IMG/VR virus record: IMGVR_UViG_3300048502_000040
Coordinates: 23,901 to 87,900 of that record
Reading direction: 5' to 3' (one strand)
DNA from: a virus
Length of the DNA: 64,000 nt
Shown: one piece after another, positions 19,311 through 27,294 of the stretch
Position numbering within the stretch: position 1 is the stretch's first letter
Layout of the letters: each line of letters starts with the position of its first letter
Notes under the pieces: model-generated
What the model was told of the DNA's origin: nothing
The model's database searches: none
Seen by the model: the letters and a program-made list of their open reading frames with translations, nothing else
Program-made: the position numbers and the translations under genes

Positions 19311-19673
19311 ATGGCAAGCAAGTACCAAGGCAAGAAGCAGGGCAAGGGCAAAAGTAAATCTGCCCCTGTTGTGGTGCGCGACGAACGCGCCCCGGCGTTC
19401 CTTTACACGTCTGAGTGCTGCGGCGAACTGGCAAAGAAAGACGCCTGTGTCATCGACCGTGGCGTGAAGTTCGAGGATCGCAAGGCGGCTCTCGGGCACT
19501 GGCGTTGCAGTGCATGTCGTCGGGCCTGCAAGGTCACACGCAATCTGAACAAGGAAGGGATCATCCCTTTCAGGCCCAAGGCTGCGGCGCTGAGTGCGGT
19601 AACGCTACTCGCAATCGCTGAAGCTCTCGTGCCCGGCTCCGTGGACAGGGTTTTCGCGTCTATCGGCGCATAG
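19311..19673 (+). CDS. hypothetical Cys-rich protein
   Basis: AAGGAG RBS; SECC..C..C..CRRAC. Confidence 0.65.
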   Translation: MASKYQGKKQGKGKSKSAPVVVRDERAPAFLYTSECCGELAKKDACVIDRGVKFEDRKAALGHWRCSACRRACKVTRNLNKEGIIPFRPKAAALSAVTLLAIAEALVPGSVDRVFASIGA

Positions 19674-19680
19674 GAGAACA

Positions 19681-20133
19681 ATGGCACTATCCGACAAGCA
19701 ACTTCTTTTCGTTCGCAACATCGCGGCGCAGGCCGCCGCGTCGTCGCATTGTTGGCCGCAAATGGCCGCCTGCGAAGCTGCCGCTGAATCAGGGTATGGA
19801 ACCTCTGGGCTGGCGGTGCGTGACAAGAACCTGTTCGGAATGAAGCAACACACGCACCCTATCTACGGTACGGAGAACCTGCCGACTAAGGAGTTCCTCC
19901 ACGGGGACTGGGTGGTAGTGACGGCATCATGGGTGGTTTATCCGACCTACGCCGCCTGCTTCGACGACCGCATGAACACATTGGATCGGCTGAAGAACGT
20001 CTACCCCAACTACGCTCACGCGCTGATGGCTACTGACCCATTCACCTACGTCCGCGATGTGTCTGCAACATGGTCTACCGACCCGCACCGGGCCGACAAC
20101 ATCATCGCAATCTACCACGAGGTTTTCGGCTGA
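19681..20133 (+). CDS. glucosaminidase (FlgJ/GH73-like) peptidoglycan hydrolase
   Basis: AQAA.ESGYG..NLFGMK..F..Y....CF......WSTDP. Confidence 0.85.
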   Translation: MALSDKQLLFVRNIAAQAAASSHCWPQMAACEAAAESGYGTSGLAVRDKNLFGMKQHTHPIYGTENLPTKEFLHGDWVVVTASWVVYPTYAACFDDRMNTLDRLKNVYPNYAHALMATDPFTYVRDVSATWSTDPHRADNIIAIYHEVFG

Positions 20134-20318
20134 TGAGTGGCGTATCCACAAGGGCAACCGTCGCCCCTATCGAGATCACGGAGCGCGACGGCGAGTTCGT
20201 CGCCTCCACAACTGTATCCCACACCGACGCTCAGGTTCTTGAGTTCGCTGGCACGGGTTACTGTCTGAGTGAGGCGGTGCGTGACTTGGCCGACTACCTC
20301 GACGATGCAGGATACTAA
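20133..20318 (+). CDS. small hypothetical protein
   Basis: TGATG coupling. Confidence 0.55.
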   Translation: MSGVSTRATVAPIEITERDGEFVASTTVSHTDAQVLEFAGTGYCLSEAVRDLADYLDDAGY

Positions 20319-20329
20319 GGAGCAACATT

Positions 20330-20671
20330 GTGCTTGTAGATGACTATCAGAAAAAAGCCCTCGACACTGCGGACTACCCGGAGCGTGGGCACAACATGAT
20401 ATACCCGGCTCTTGGTATCGCTGGAGAGGGTGGAGAATGCGCGGACAAATGCAAAAAGTTCTGGCGCAACCGTGGGATCACAGACGGGGCTTTGCTCACT
20501 GATGGGGAGAAGGATGCTCTTGTAAAAGAGCTAGGCGACTGTAGCTGGTACATAGCTGCAATGGCTGCCGAACTTGGTCTATCCCTTTCTCACATCTTTC
20601 AAACCAACCTCGACAAACTGGCTGACCGTAAGTCTCGCGGCGTAATCAAGAGTGAAGGGGATAACAGATGA
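20330..20671 (+). CDS. MazG-like NTP pyrophosphohydrolase
   Basis: YQ..A..TA.YP..YPALG.AGEGGEC..K..ELGD..WY..NL.KL..R..RGVI..EGDNR. Confidence 0.88.
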   Translation: MLVDDYQKKALDTADYPERGHNMIYPALGIAGEGGECADKCKKFWRNRGITDGALLTDGEKDALVKELGDCSWYIAAMAAELGLSLSHIFQTNLDKLADRKSRGVIKSEGDNR

Positions 20672-21513
20672 AGACACCGCTGGTTATATATCACTCCCCC
20701 TGCATGGACGGATACACCGCTGCGTGGGCCTGCTGGCTGGTTCACCCAGAATGGGAGTTCGTGCCCGGCGTACACGGTTACACCGTACCTCTTGAGGACA
20801 TGGTGGGCCGCGACGTGTACTTCCTCGACTTCAGCTACAAGCGCCCAGTGATGGAGCAAGTCATCAACGTCGCCCGCAGCGTCACCGTGCTCGACCATCA
20901 TGTGTCGGCGGAGAGTGACCTGAAGGAGCTTTTCGACCTGAAGCAGATCAAGGGCGTCTTCGATGCGAAGCACTCCGGTGCCTACCTCGCATGGCGTCAC
21001 TTCCACCCGGACGAGGAAGTCCCGCAGCTTGTCCTCTTCGTTGAGGATCGTGACCTGTGGCTCTTCCGCTACGAGGAGACGCGCCCGGTGTGCGATGCCA
21101 TCTTCTCTCACGCCTACTCGTTCCAGATGTGGAACAACTTCAACACGATGTGTGAGGCTGGCTACGACGGATGGTCGATCCTCGTCAAAGAGGGACTCGC
21201 CATCGGACGCAAGCAGGCGAAGGACGTTGCCGAACTGACGGCGAAGCTCAAGTACCACATGATGATCGCGGGCAAGGTTGTCCCAGTCGTCAACGTGCCA
21301 TACATCTACGCGAGTGATGTCGGCGAACTTCTTTACCAAGACCCGAAGGTACCTTTCGCCGCGACGTACTTCTACGACGGCGACAATTACATCTTCAGTC
21401 TGCGGTCATCGGAGACAGGCGACGACGTTTCGGAAGTTGCCAAGGTCTACGGCGGCGGCGGCCACAAGCACTCCGCTGGATTCCAGATCAGTCGGTTGGA
21501 GGATTTAGAGTGA
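20668..21513 (+). CDS. DHH/DHHA1 phosphoesterase
   Basis: YH..C.DG, FLDFS, LDHH, VEDRDLW, FSLRS, GGGHKHSAGF. Confidence 0.9.
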   Translation: MKTPLVIYHSPCMDGYTAAWACWLVHPEWEFVPGVHGYTVPLEDMVGRDVYFLDFSYKRPVMEQVINVARSVTVLDHHVSAESDLKELFDLKQIKGVFDAKHSGAYLAWRHFHPDEEVPQLVLFVEDRDLWLFRYEETRPVCDAIFSHAYSFQMWNNFNTMCEAGYDGWSILVKEGLAIGRKQAKDVAELTAKLKYHMMIAGKVVPVVNVPYIYASDVGELLYQDPKVPFAATYFYDGDNYIFSLRSSETGDDVSEVAKVYGGGGHKHSAGFQISRLEDLE

Positions 21514-21809
21514 GCAACATCAACGAAAAGATTTTCACTGCCCAAGACCTTGAGCGGGCTGGCACACGCGGTATGATCGCCGGGCAGATCGAGATCGTCA
21601 AGGACATTGTGAAGCAGGCGCGGGTCAACGCCACGTCTGAGTTCAATGCCGGGCACGACCCCGAGGCCATCGCCTTGCGCGAGTTCGCCAACCAGATCGA
21701 AAGACTGCTGGAGATACTCGACAAGAAGAAGGAAGGGCTGGCATCCAAAGTCCGCTCCGCTCAGATCGCCGACACCATAGTTGACGCCAACCTCGAAGTT
21801 GCGGTATAA
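21510..21809 (+). CDS. hypothetical protein
   Basis: GTGA overlap. Confidence 0.6.
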   Translation: MSNINEKIFTAQDLERAGTRGMIAGQIEIVKDIVKQARVNATSEFNAGHDPEAIALREFANQIERLLEILDKKKEGLASKVRSAQIADTIVDANLEVAV

Positions 21810-21810
21810 T
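21781..21810 (+). promoter_or_regulatory. sigma70-type promoter giving a probable leaderless mRNA
   Basis: TTGACG-18 nt-TATAAT, ATG 7 nt downstream (21817), no SD. Confidence 0.7.
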
Positions 21811-21816
21811 CATCTC

Positions 21817-22413
21817 ATGTCAACTTACGTCGAAGCACACATGGCGGAATCCCTCAAAGACCACGTACTTGTTCCGCTCCTGCATTCAGGTGTGGGAGAG
21901 GTACGTGGTTTCTATTTGAAGAAGCCGGGACGCACCCGCATGATGTCCACGCTCATCCTGTTCACCCCGGAGGGCATCGTCCTTCAGGGAGACCTGACCC
22001 CAAGTCGCCACGGCGATGTGTCGTCGTACGGTTACGGCGCTCAGTGGTTCGGTGGTCGCCTGTCTGAGGACTATTTGTGCGAGAAGTTCTTGCAGAAGGA
22101 GTTCGTGCCTGAGAAGGCATACGCCACGTTCAAGAAGCGCATCCTATCGCGCCGCCGCGAGGGTGACCGGTACATGACCAAGGAGAAGGCGCGAGAGGCA
22201 TACGACGCCAACGAGGAGCACGGCCCCGGCCACGATCAGTGGGACTCTCGTGAGTTCTACGACTGCTTCTGCGGCGAGTTCGGTTTCGACTATGACGGCG
22301 AGGGCTACGGTTACAATCTCGCTGCCGCAGGCTGGCTCTGTGCCATCCAACAGAAGTTCGCGGAGCTTTACCAAATCCACTTGAAGGGACAGGGCATCAC
22401 GCCCATACCATGA
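21817..22413 (+). CDS. hypothetical protein
   Basis: 198-aa ORF behind promoter. Confidence 0.7.
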   Translation: MSTYVEAHMAESLKDHVLVPLLHSGVGEVRGFYLKKPGRTRMMSTLILFTPEGIVLQGDLTPSRHGDVSSYGYGAQWFGGRLSEDYLCEKFLQKEFVPEKAYATFKKRILSRRREGDRYMTKEKAREAYDANEEHGPGHDQWDSREFYDCFCGEFGFDYDGEGYGYNLAAAGWLCAIQQKFAELYQIHLKGQGITPIP

Positions 22414-22682
22414 AGGAATACTACATCATCACCAAGGCGCACGAGGCGCTGTGGCCCCGAGGGGTTATGCTGTTCTGGGCCGCCGATGAAAAGGGCTACT
22501 CGTCCTTCCTTGAGAAGGCCGGGCGCTACTCCGAGGAGCGGGCCGAGGCCATCTGTAAATTCTCTCCTGAAGCATGGATGGTTCCGTGTGAGGTTCTCGA
22601 AGCAAAGGCCATCCGGGTTGTGGACTACGACCTGTGGCACGTCTACGGAAAGGACGAATACAAACATGCCACTAATAGCTGA
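22410..22682 (+). CDS. hypothetical protein
   Basis: ATGA overlap. Confidence 0.65.
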   Translation: MKEYYIITKAHEALWPRGVMLFWAADEKGYSSFLEKAGRYSEERAEAICKFSPEAWMVPCEVLEAKAIRVVDYDLWHVYGKDEYKHATNS

Positions 22683-23040
22683 CTTCCTGCGGCGCAGGCT
22701 GAAGCACAAAGAGATCGGCTGGAAGGACATCGGGGAAGAGTTCACCCGGTACGCCATCTGGCGCGGTAAGCGTTTCAACATCTACCTGCATCGCCTGTAC
22801 GCGCCCAACGAGGCTCCGCAGTGCCACGATCACCCGTGGAGCTTTGTTACGATCCTGTTGTGGAATGGCTACCTCGAATGGTTCGAGGGACAATGGCACC
22901 GCCGCTTCGCCGGGACGATCATGAGGCGCAAGGCGACGGACACCCACAACGTCATCACACCATACGGCGTTTGCTGGTCGCTCATCATCACGACCAAGAA
23001 GAGCCGCGACTGGAGCTTCAAGTCTTGCCCGGCAGATTGA
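22666..23040 (+). CDS. cupin-like protein
   Basis: IYLHRL..HDHPWSF.T..L..GY.E..H.V..W.L..T. Confidence 0.7.
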   Translation: MPLIADFLRRRLKHKEIGWKDIGEEFTRYAIWRGKRFNIYLHRLYAPNEAPQCHDHPWSFVTILLWNGYLEWFEGQWHRRFAGTIMRRKATDTHNVITPYGVCWSLIITTKKSRDWSFKSCPAD

Positions 23041-23084
23041 AAGTGTCAAGTTTTATCGCAAATAAACTTGACATCACAAACGAC

Positions 23085-23126
23085 AAAAGCGCCCCTCACA
23101 GATTTTTAGTCTGTGGGGGGCTTTTG
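23085..23126. terminator. bidirectional intrinsic terminator at junction of convergent arms
   Basis: CAAAAGCGCCCCTCACAGA-loop-TCTGTGGGGGGCTTTTG. Confidence 0.8.
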
Positions 23127-23151
23127 TTATTTGCTCTTCGTGTTATTTACA

Positions 23152-25014
23152 TTATTTTACTGGACATACTCCGCCCTCACATTCCATCCCGTCAAGTTCT
23201 CCCTGACCTATATCTTCCAAGTTCAGGGGTTTGATCTTGCTGGACAACTTGTGGTACTGCTCCTCAGTGATGGCTTCCTTTGGGGCTTGCACGAAGCCAT
23301 GATCGCTATGACACAAAAAGCTAATAGACTTGAGATACTGAAGATTCTCGGACAGCCAAACTTTCAACTTAGGGATATCTTCTCGCTTGTAGTAAACCGT
23401 AACAGATACGGCTTGATCTGCCCAATGTTTCTGAGCCATCTTGAGAACGTCAAGCTGTTTCCACGTATCCCACTGCTCATCCGCTACTGGCTGCCCGGCT
23501 GGGGTCTCGATGTAGAAGTCCGCAACTAAAGTCTGAGGATCAATACCTCCTCCAAACTTCTGAACAGGCTCTACATAATGCCCGGCTTCCCTCAGCTTAG
23601 GCACGAGCGCGTCATTGGATGCGAACCTAACCCTCTGAATGAAGTGCCTGCTGTAGGCTGCGTGGATACCCTCGTAGCCCATGCAGTCAAGAACTTTAGA
23701 CAGGGTTCCAGACGGCTTCACTACTGTAGTCCGCTTGCTCTTAGGTATTCCTAGCTCCTTGCTGTACCGTTCGTCCTCATCTTGGATAGCAGCGTAGGCT
23801 TGGTCTAAAACTTCCGGTACGAATAGAGGCGATGCCAAGCACCCGGTTATACTTGTGCCTGTACGTCTGTTTCTCTGGATCACATCCTGTGATACCTTAT
23901 GGTGGTAATGCTCCATCGTCACACGCTTGGCGTAACGGTGCATAAGTCGGGCGGTATCAAAGAACTCTTGAGGACTTTCAAGATTACATAGAGCAATCTC
24001 AGTCAGGTTACAAGGCTCTCCGTTTTCTAAAGTTGCCTCGGCGCACGGGTTCACTCCGATAGCATTGTCGGGCTTCATCTCCCCCATGCGTCCGTACTTT
24101 TGCATGTTGGATCGGTTCACTAACCCGAAAGGTTCTCCCTGTTCATAAGTCTTCCAAAACAGGGGATGAAGGTCTTCTGTATCGTCGCACACAACACTAT
24201 AGTTAGCGCAACTTCTGTGCGAAGGCAGTACACCTAAATCCCATCTCTTAGCCCGAAGATAATCCTTATCCCAAGCATCACCTAGAATGATGATAGCCGA
24301 GCGTCGGACGTTTCCAGCGACAACCATTTCCCCAGTGGCAGTAATAATGTCCGCAGCATCTAAGGTGCGCACATGCCTTCCTTCTCGGTTATTTAGAATT
24401 GCACACAGGTTGGAAACGAATTTTATAAGCGGGATAGGACCAGACGCAGTACCTCCAAAACCAACTATGGATTCCCCGTAACCGCGTACGCAAACCGTCG
24501 AGTAACTGAATGACTTTCCAGTAACAAAGAAGCTCTCTAGTACACGCCGAGTTAGTTCACACCATCCCTCTCGACTGTCCGGTACGATGAAGTCAGCGTC
24601 TTTAGTCCCTTTATGGACAATGACGACATCCTTCTTGACCCTTGGAAGCTTGCTGGTGAAACGGTGCTCAACGCTTAGACCCACGCCGCCTCCGAGCATA
24701 AGAAGGTCTTGTGCTATTACGAAATTGTTCCAATCATCTGCGGTAAAGAACCAACAGTTGTTTAGAGCCGCCCCGCCAATTTTAGAATGAGAGGGTGAGC
24801 CGGACATCCATATACCACGTCCCGCTGCACACGCCTTGCGATCTTGTCCTAACCGTATAAGAGCCTTGATCTCTGACTCAGGTACGTTCTTTCCTTTTAC
24901 GTTGCCCATTACAACACGTTCGATGGTTTGATCCCAATTCTCTAAGAACCCGTTATCTTGCCTGTTATACGTTCTACGGGTTACCACGCGGGCAAGGTTG
25001 CTCCAATCTTTCAC
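23152..25014 (-). CDS. nrdJ: class II (B12-dependent) ribonucleoside-triphosphate reductase
   Basis: ALNNCWF, GNVRRSA, NPCAE, EPCNLTEI, VKPSGTLS, C-terminal CEGGVCPVK. Confidence 0.93.
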   Translation of the reverse strand: MKDWSNLARVVTRRTYNRQDNGFLENWDQTIERVVMGNVKGKNVPESEIKALIRLGQDRKACAAGRGIWMSGSPSHSKIGGAALNNCWFFTADDWNNFVIAQDLLMLGGGVGLSVEHRFTSKLPRVKKDVVIVHKGTKDADFIVPDSREGWCELTRRVLESFFVTGKSFSYSTVCVRGYGESIVGFGGTASGPIPLIKFVSNLCAILNNREGRHVRTLDAADIITATGEMVVAGNVRRSAIIILGDAWDKDYLRAKRWDLGVLPSHRSCANYSVVCDDTEDLHPLFWKTYEQGEPFGLVNRSNMQKYGRMGEMKPDNAIGVNPCAEATLENGEPCNLTEIALCNLESPQEFFDTARLMHRYAKRVTMEHYHHKVSQDVIQRNRRTGTSITGCLASPLFVPEVLDQAYAAIQDEDERYSKELGIPKSKRTTVVKPSGTLSKVLDCMGYEGIHAAYSRHFIQRVRFASNDALVPKLREAGHYVEPVQKFGGGIDPQTLVADFYIETPAGQPVADEQWDTWKQLDVLKMAQKHWADQAVSVTVYYKREDIPKLKVWLSENLQYLKSISFLCHSDHGFVQAPKEAITEEQYHKLSSKIKPLNLEDIGQGELDGMECEGGVCPVK

Positions 25015-25047
25015 TTCAGTGCGCCTCTTTCTTACAACAGAGCCTTG

Positions 25048-25716
25048 TCATTCTGCTCTCTTTCTTACCTTGCTTCTTAGTTCTTTTAGCCTCTCTACGA
25101 AGCGTGTACCTCGTAGGCTGTAAAAGAACCTGTACTTGGGCTTTCGAGGTATGCGTTTTATGTCGGACTCATTCAATCCCAGTGCTCTCATACGGTCTGC
25201 CGTTTGGTTGTATCTGGCAAACTTGTGATCCCCCAAGTAGTAATCAACTCTGGGAGATTTGCGCTCTTCATCCTGCATTCCGTCAGGCGACCAGTTGCCT
25301 GCTTTGTAGATAGTACCGCTGTGTCCCATACTGGGGTCTGCGAAGCTAACTATACCTTCGACGTGCGGAAACTGCTTCTTCACTAGCATAATGGTTTTGG
25401 CAACAAACCAAGTCTCCGAGTTCTTTGGCATCTCGTCCAGCAACCATAACCTCGCCAACTCCCAACAAACACACCCATACCGTTTATTTATCTGGAGAGA
25501 TGGCATGGAGTAGATGCAGGTTCCTACACATTCTTCTCCACGAAACAGACCGAAAACGCAAAGAACCACCCCCGGCCATTTGCGGAGATAATGCTCTTTC
25601 ACCATCCAGTCCACTTGCTCACGGGATACTTGGCGAACTTGTAGAGTATTGAATTGGAGCGGAGGAGTCGGGTTCGAACCGCTACCGTCAGCCGGGATAG
25701 GCTGCTGTACTACCAT
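25048..25716 (-). CDS. mom: Mom-like DNA adenine modification enzyme (GNAT-related); first 21 codons overlap the tRNA
   Basis: HYL..., ELARLWL, NSETWF, SFADPSMGHSGTIYKAGNW. Start AUG lies in the tRNA D-loop with GGAGG 7 nt upstream. Confidence 0.8.
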   Translation of the reverse strand: MVVQQPIPADGSGSNPTPPLQFNTLQVRQVSREQVDWMVKEHYLRKWPGVVLCVFGLFRGEECVGTCIYSMPSLQINKRYGCVCWELARLWLLDEMPKNSETWFVAKTIMLVKKQFPHVEGIVSFADPSMGHSGTIYKAGNWSPDGMQDEERKSPRVDYYLGDHKFARYNQTADRMRALGLNESDIKRIPRKPKYRFFYSLRGTRFVERLKELRSKVRKRAE

Positions 25717-25730
25717 TGTACGACCTCCGC
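25655..25730 (-). tRNA. non-canonical tRNA-Gly-like (76 nt)
   Basis: GCGGAGG UC GUAC AAUGGUA GUAC A GCAGC CUAUCCCG GCUGA CGGU AGCGG UUCGAAC CCGACU CCUCCGC U CCA. Perfect 7-bp acceptor with G1-C72, C2-G71, G3-C70, U73 and encoded CCA; 8-nt anticodon loop containing UCC/CCC; bulged A in T-stem. Confidence 0.85.
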
Positions 25731-25736
25731 AAGTCT

Positions 25737-25766
25737 ATTATAACACATGCCGAACGAGAATGGCAA
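25737..25766 (-). promoter_or_regulatory. strong extended -10 sigma70 promoter for tRNA/mom
   Basis: TTGCCA-18 nt-(TG-n-)TATAAT, ending 7 nt before tRNA G1; the -10 overlaps the TAA of the upstream gene. Confidence 0.8.
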
Positions 25767-26568
25767 CTGCGCCACCGAGTCCCACCCCTACCCCGTACAG
25801 GAAGCTCTTGAGCTTTCCTTTACGGGCTGATGCTTTTTCCGCAGTCAGTTCTTTCGCGTCCGCTGTCTTCTGATCCGTGAGTTCGGTTCCCAGTCCGTCG
25901 ATCTGCTGGGCCTGATCCGTAATCACGGTGTTTGCCTTTGCGAGTTCCGCTTGGCCGTTACTGACTTGTGTTTGTGCGTCGGCGAGATTCTGCTTGAGCA
26001 CCGGCACCTGTTCAAGAGCTACCACCGTGCCGATAGCCGCAGCAGGGTCTACCGTTATCCCTGCGGTCGTGGCCGTGAGATCGCCGGGCTGTGCGTCGAT
26101 GAGGGATGCCCATCGGTTGCCGAGATCGGGCATCGGCAGAGTCTTGTCGGTAGCCTGCTGCTGTTGGAGGACAATCGTGCGGCTGGCGCTGGCCGCAACA
26201 AGCTGGGCATTCTGCTGAGACAACGCCGCAACAGTTGCCTTGTAGCTAGTAGCGTCCTGCTGGGCCTGCTGTGCCAGCGCCACGTCCTTGTCATGCTGCA
26301 CAACGAGTGTCTGGGCCGCGATGTTGGCCTGTTGCTTGTCACGATCCGCTACGACACTTAGATACTTGAAGCTGCCGAGTAACATGGCCAAGCTAATTAT
26401 CAGGGCCAAGATAATGCGCTCGTGAACCTTTAGCCACGACTCTGCCTTGGTCACGTCAGCCTTCGCTGTTGTCTCAATATTTTGAAACCCTTGGATTATA
26501 TTTGTTTGTGCTGTCTTCAAACCGGACGCAGCGGCTATCGTAGTTGTCGGTGTGGCTGTGGCGCTCAT
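25738..26568 (-). CDS. membrane-anchored coiled-coil protein, spanin(Rz)-like
   Basis: AAGGAG RBS, ATG 26568; TM segment IILALIISLAMLLGSF, Q/A-rich coiled coil, hydrophobic C-terminus. Confidence 0.55.
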   Translation of the reverse strand: MSATATPTTTIAAASGLKTAQTNIIQGFQNIETTAKADVTKAESWLKVHERIILALIISLAMLLGSFKYLSVVADRDKQQANIAAQTLVVQHDKDVALAQQAQQDATSYKATVAALSQQNAQLVAASASRTIVLQQQQATDKTLPMPDLGNRWASLIDAQPGDLTATTAGITVDPAAAIGTVVALEQVPVLKQNLADAQTQVSNGQAELAKANTVITDQAQQIDGLGTELTDQKTADAKELTAEKASARKGKLKSFLYGVGVGLGGAVAILVRHVL

Positions 26569-26599
26569 TGAAAAACTCCTTGTGTGTTTTAGTTCCAAG

Positions 26600-26683
26600 C
26601 TAGAACGAAATTGACACCCCCATCTTGACGAGCAAGACGAGGGTGGCGGCGATGATGAGGACGTACTTGTCAACCTTTGGCAT
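26600..26683 (-). CDS. 27-aa membrane peptide (not in ORF track)
   Basis: MPKVDKYVLIIAATLVLLVKMGVSISF*; single hydrophobic helix, overlaps upstream stop. Confidence 0.45.
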   Translation of the reverse strand: MPKVDKYVLIIAATLVLLVKMGVSISF

Positions 26684-26882
26684 CGAAGGCTTCTTGCAGG
26701 ACATTGCAGTCCGGCTTGCCAGTTGGATTGAATCGGCTCTGTAGATCGGGTTCAGGGTTGAAGCGACTCTCCACGTCGTTCTGTGGATTGAAGCGGCTCT
26801 CGGGATGGGCTACAGGTTGCACCGAGGTTGACTCGATGACGAACGGCAGCTTGAACAGACTTCGTACTTTCTTTTGTGCCAT
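26670..26882 (-). CDS. small protein with three 10-aa SRFNP repeats
   Basis: ESRFNPQNDV ESRFNPEPDL QSRFNPTGKP. Confidence 0.6.
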   Translation of the reverse strand: MAQKKVRSLFKLPFVIESTSVQPVAHPESRFNPQNDVESRFNPEPDLQSRFNPTGKPDCNVLQEAFDAKG

Positions 26883-26886
26883 GTGC

Positions 26887-27294
26887 TTACTCCACTTTGT
26901 ACTCGGAACAGACGTACTTGATGCTCCGACCGACGCGCTCGTTGAATGCGAGGATCGCTTTGTTGCCGGGCTTATGATAGCCCATGATGTATTTTACCCC
27001 ACGCTTGCGGGCCTCGTCAACTAACCGCTCCCAGAGCGCCGCGTAGTAACCCTTCTTGCGGTACTCCTTCGAGACGTAGCCCATGTTGACCACGAACTTG
27101 CTCTCTTCCTGATAGAACGAGCAAACGCCTACAACGCGCTTCAACCTGTTCTGGATGAAGAACGCTTCCTCATCGCCGGACGCTGGGGCATCCATCGCTT
27201 CGATGTTCCCTGCTTTGCGCAGCGTCACGTAGGCGTCGATGATGTACGGCAGCACCGGGGTGCCGTGAATCCTTTGCACGTACTCAATCTTCAT
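26887..27294 (-). CDS. GNAT acetyltransferase
   Basis: YVSKEYRKKGYYAAL (R..G motif A), GNKAILAFNERVG. Confidence 0.8.
   Translation of the reverse strand: MKIEYVQRIHGTPVLPYIIDAYVTLRKAGNIEAMDAPASGDEEAFFIQNRLKRVVGVCSFYQEESKFVVNMGYVSKEYRKKGYYAALWERLVDEARKRGVKYIMGYHKPGNKAILAFNERVGRSIKYVCSEYKVE

Noticed and set aside
23044-23073. 10-bp inverted repeat TGTCAAGTTT/AAACTTGACA (divergent TTGACA boxes)
   Set aside because: No convincing -10 on the right, only AAGACT on the left; at a convergent gene junction, so function is unsupported.
11142-25014. Inteins in primase-helicase, RecA, NrdJ (and TerL)
   Set aside because: Lengths are normal and no C/S..HN-C/S/T splice motifs interrupt conserved blocks.
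26712-26801. Three GCTTCAATCC-like repeats resembling CRISPR repeat starts
   Set aside because: Period is only 30 nt, differences are mostly synonymous, and they lie in frame in an ORF: a protein repeat, not an array.
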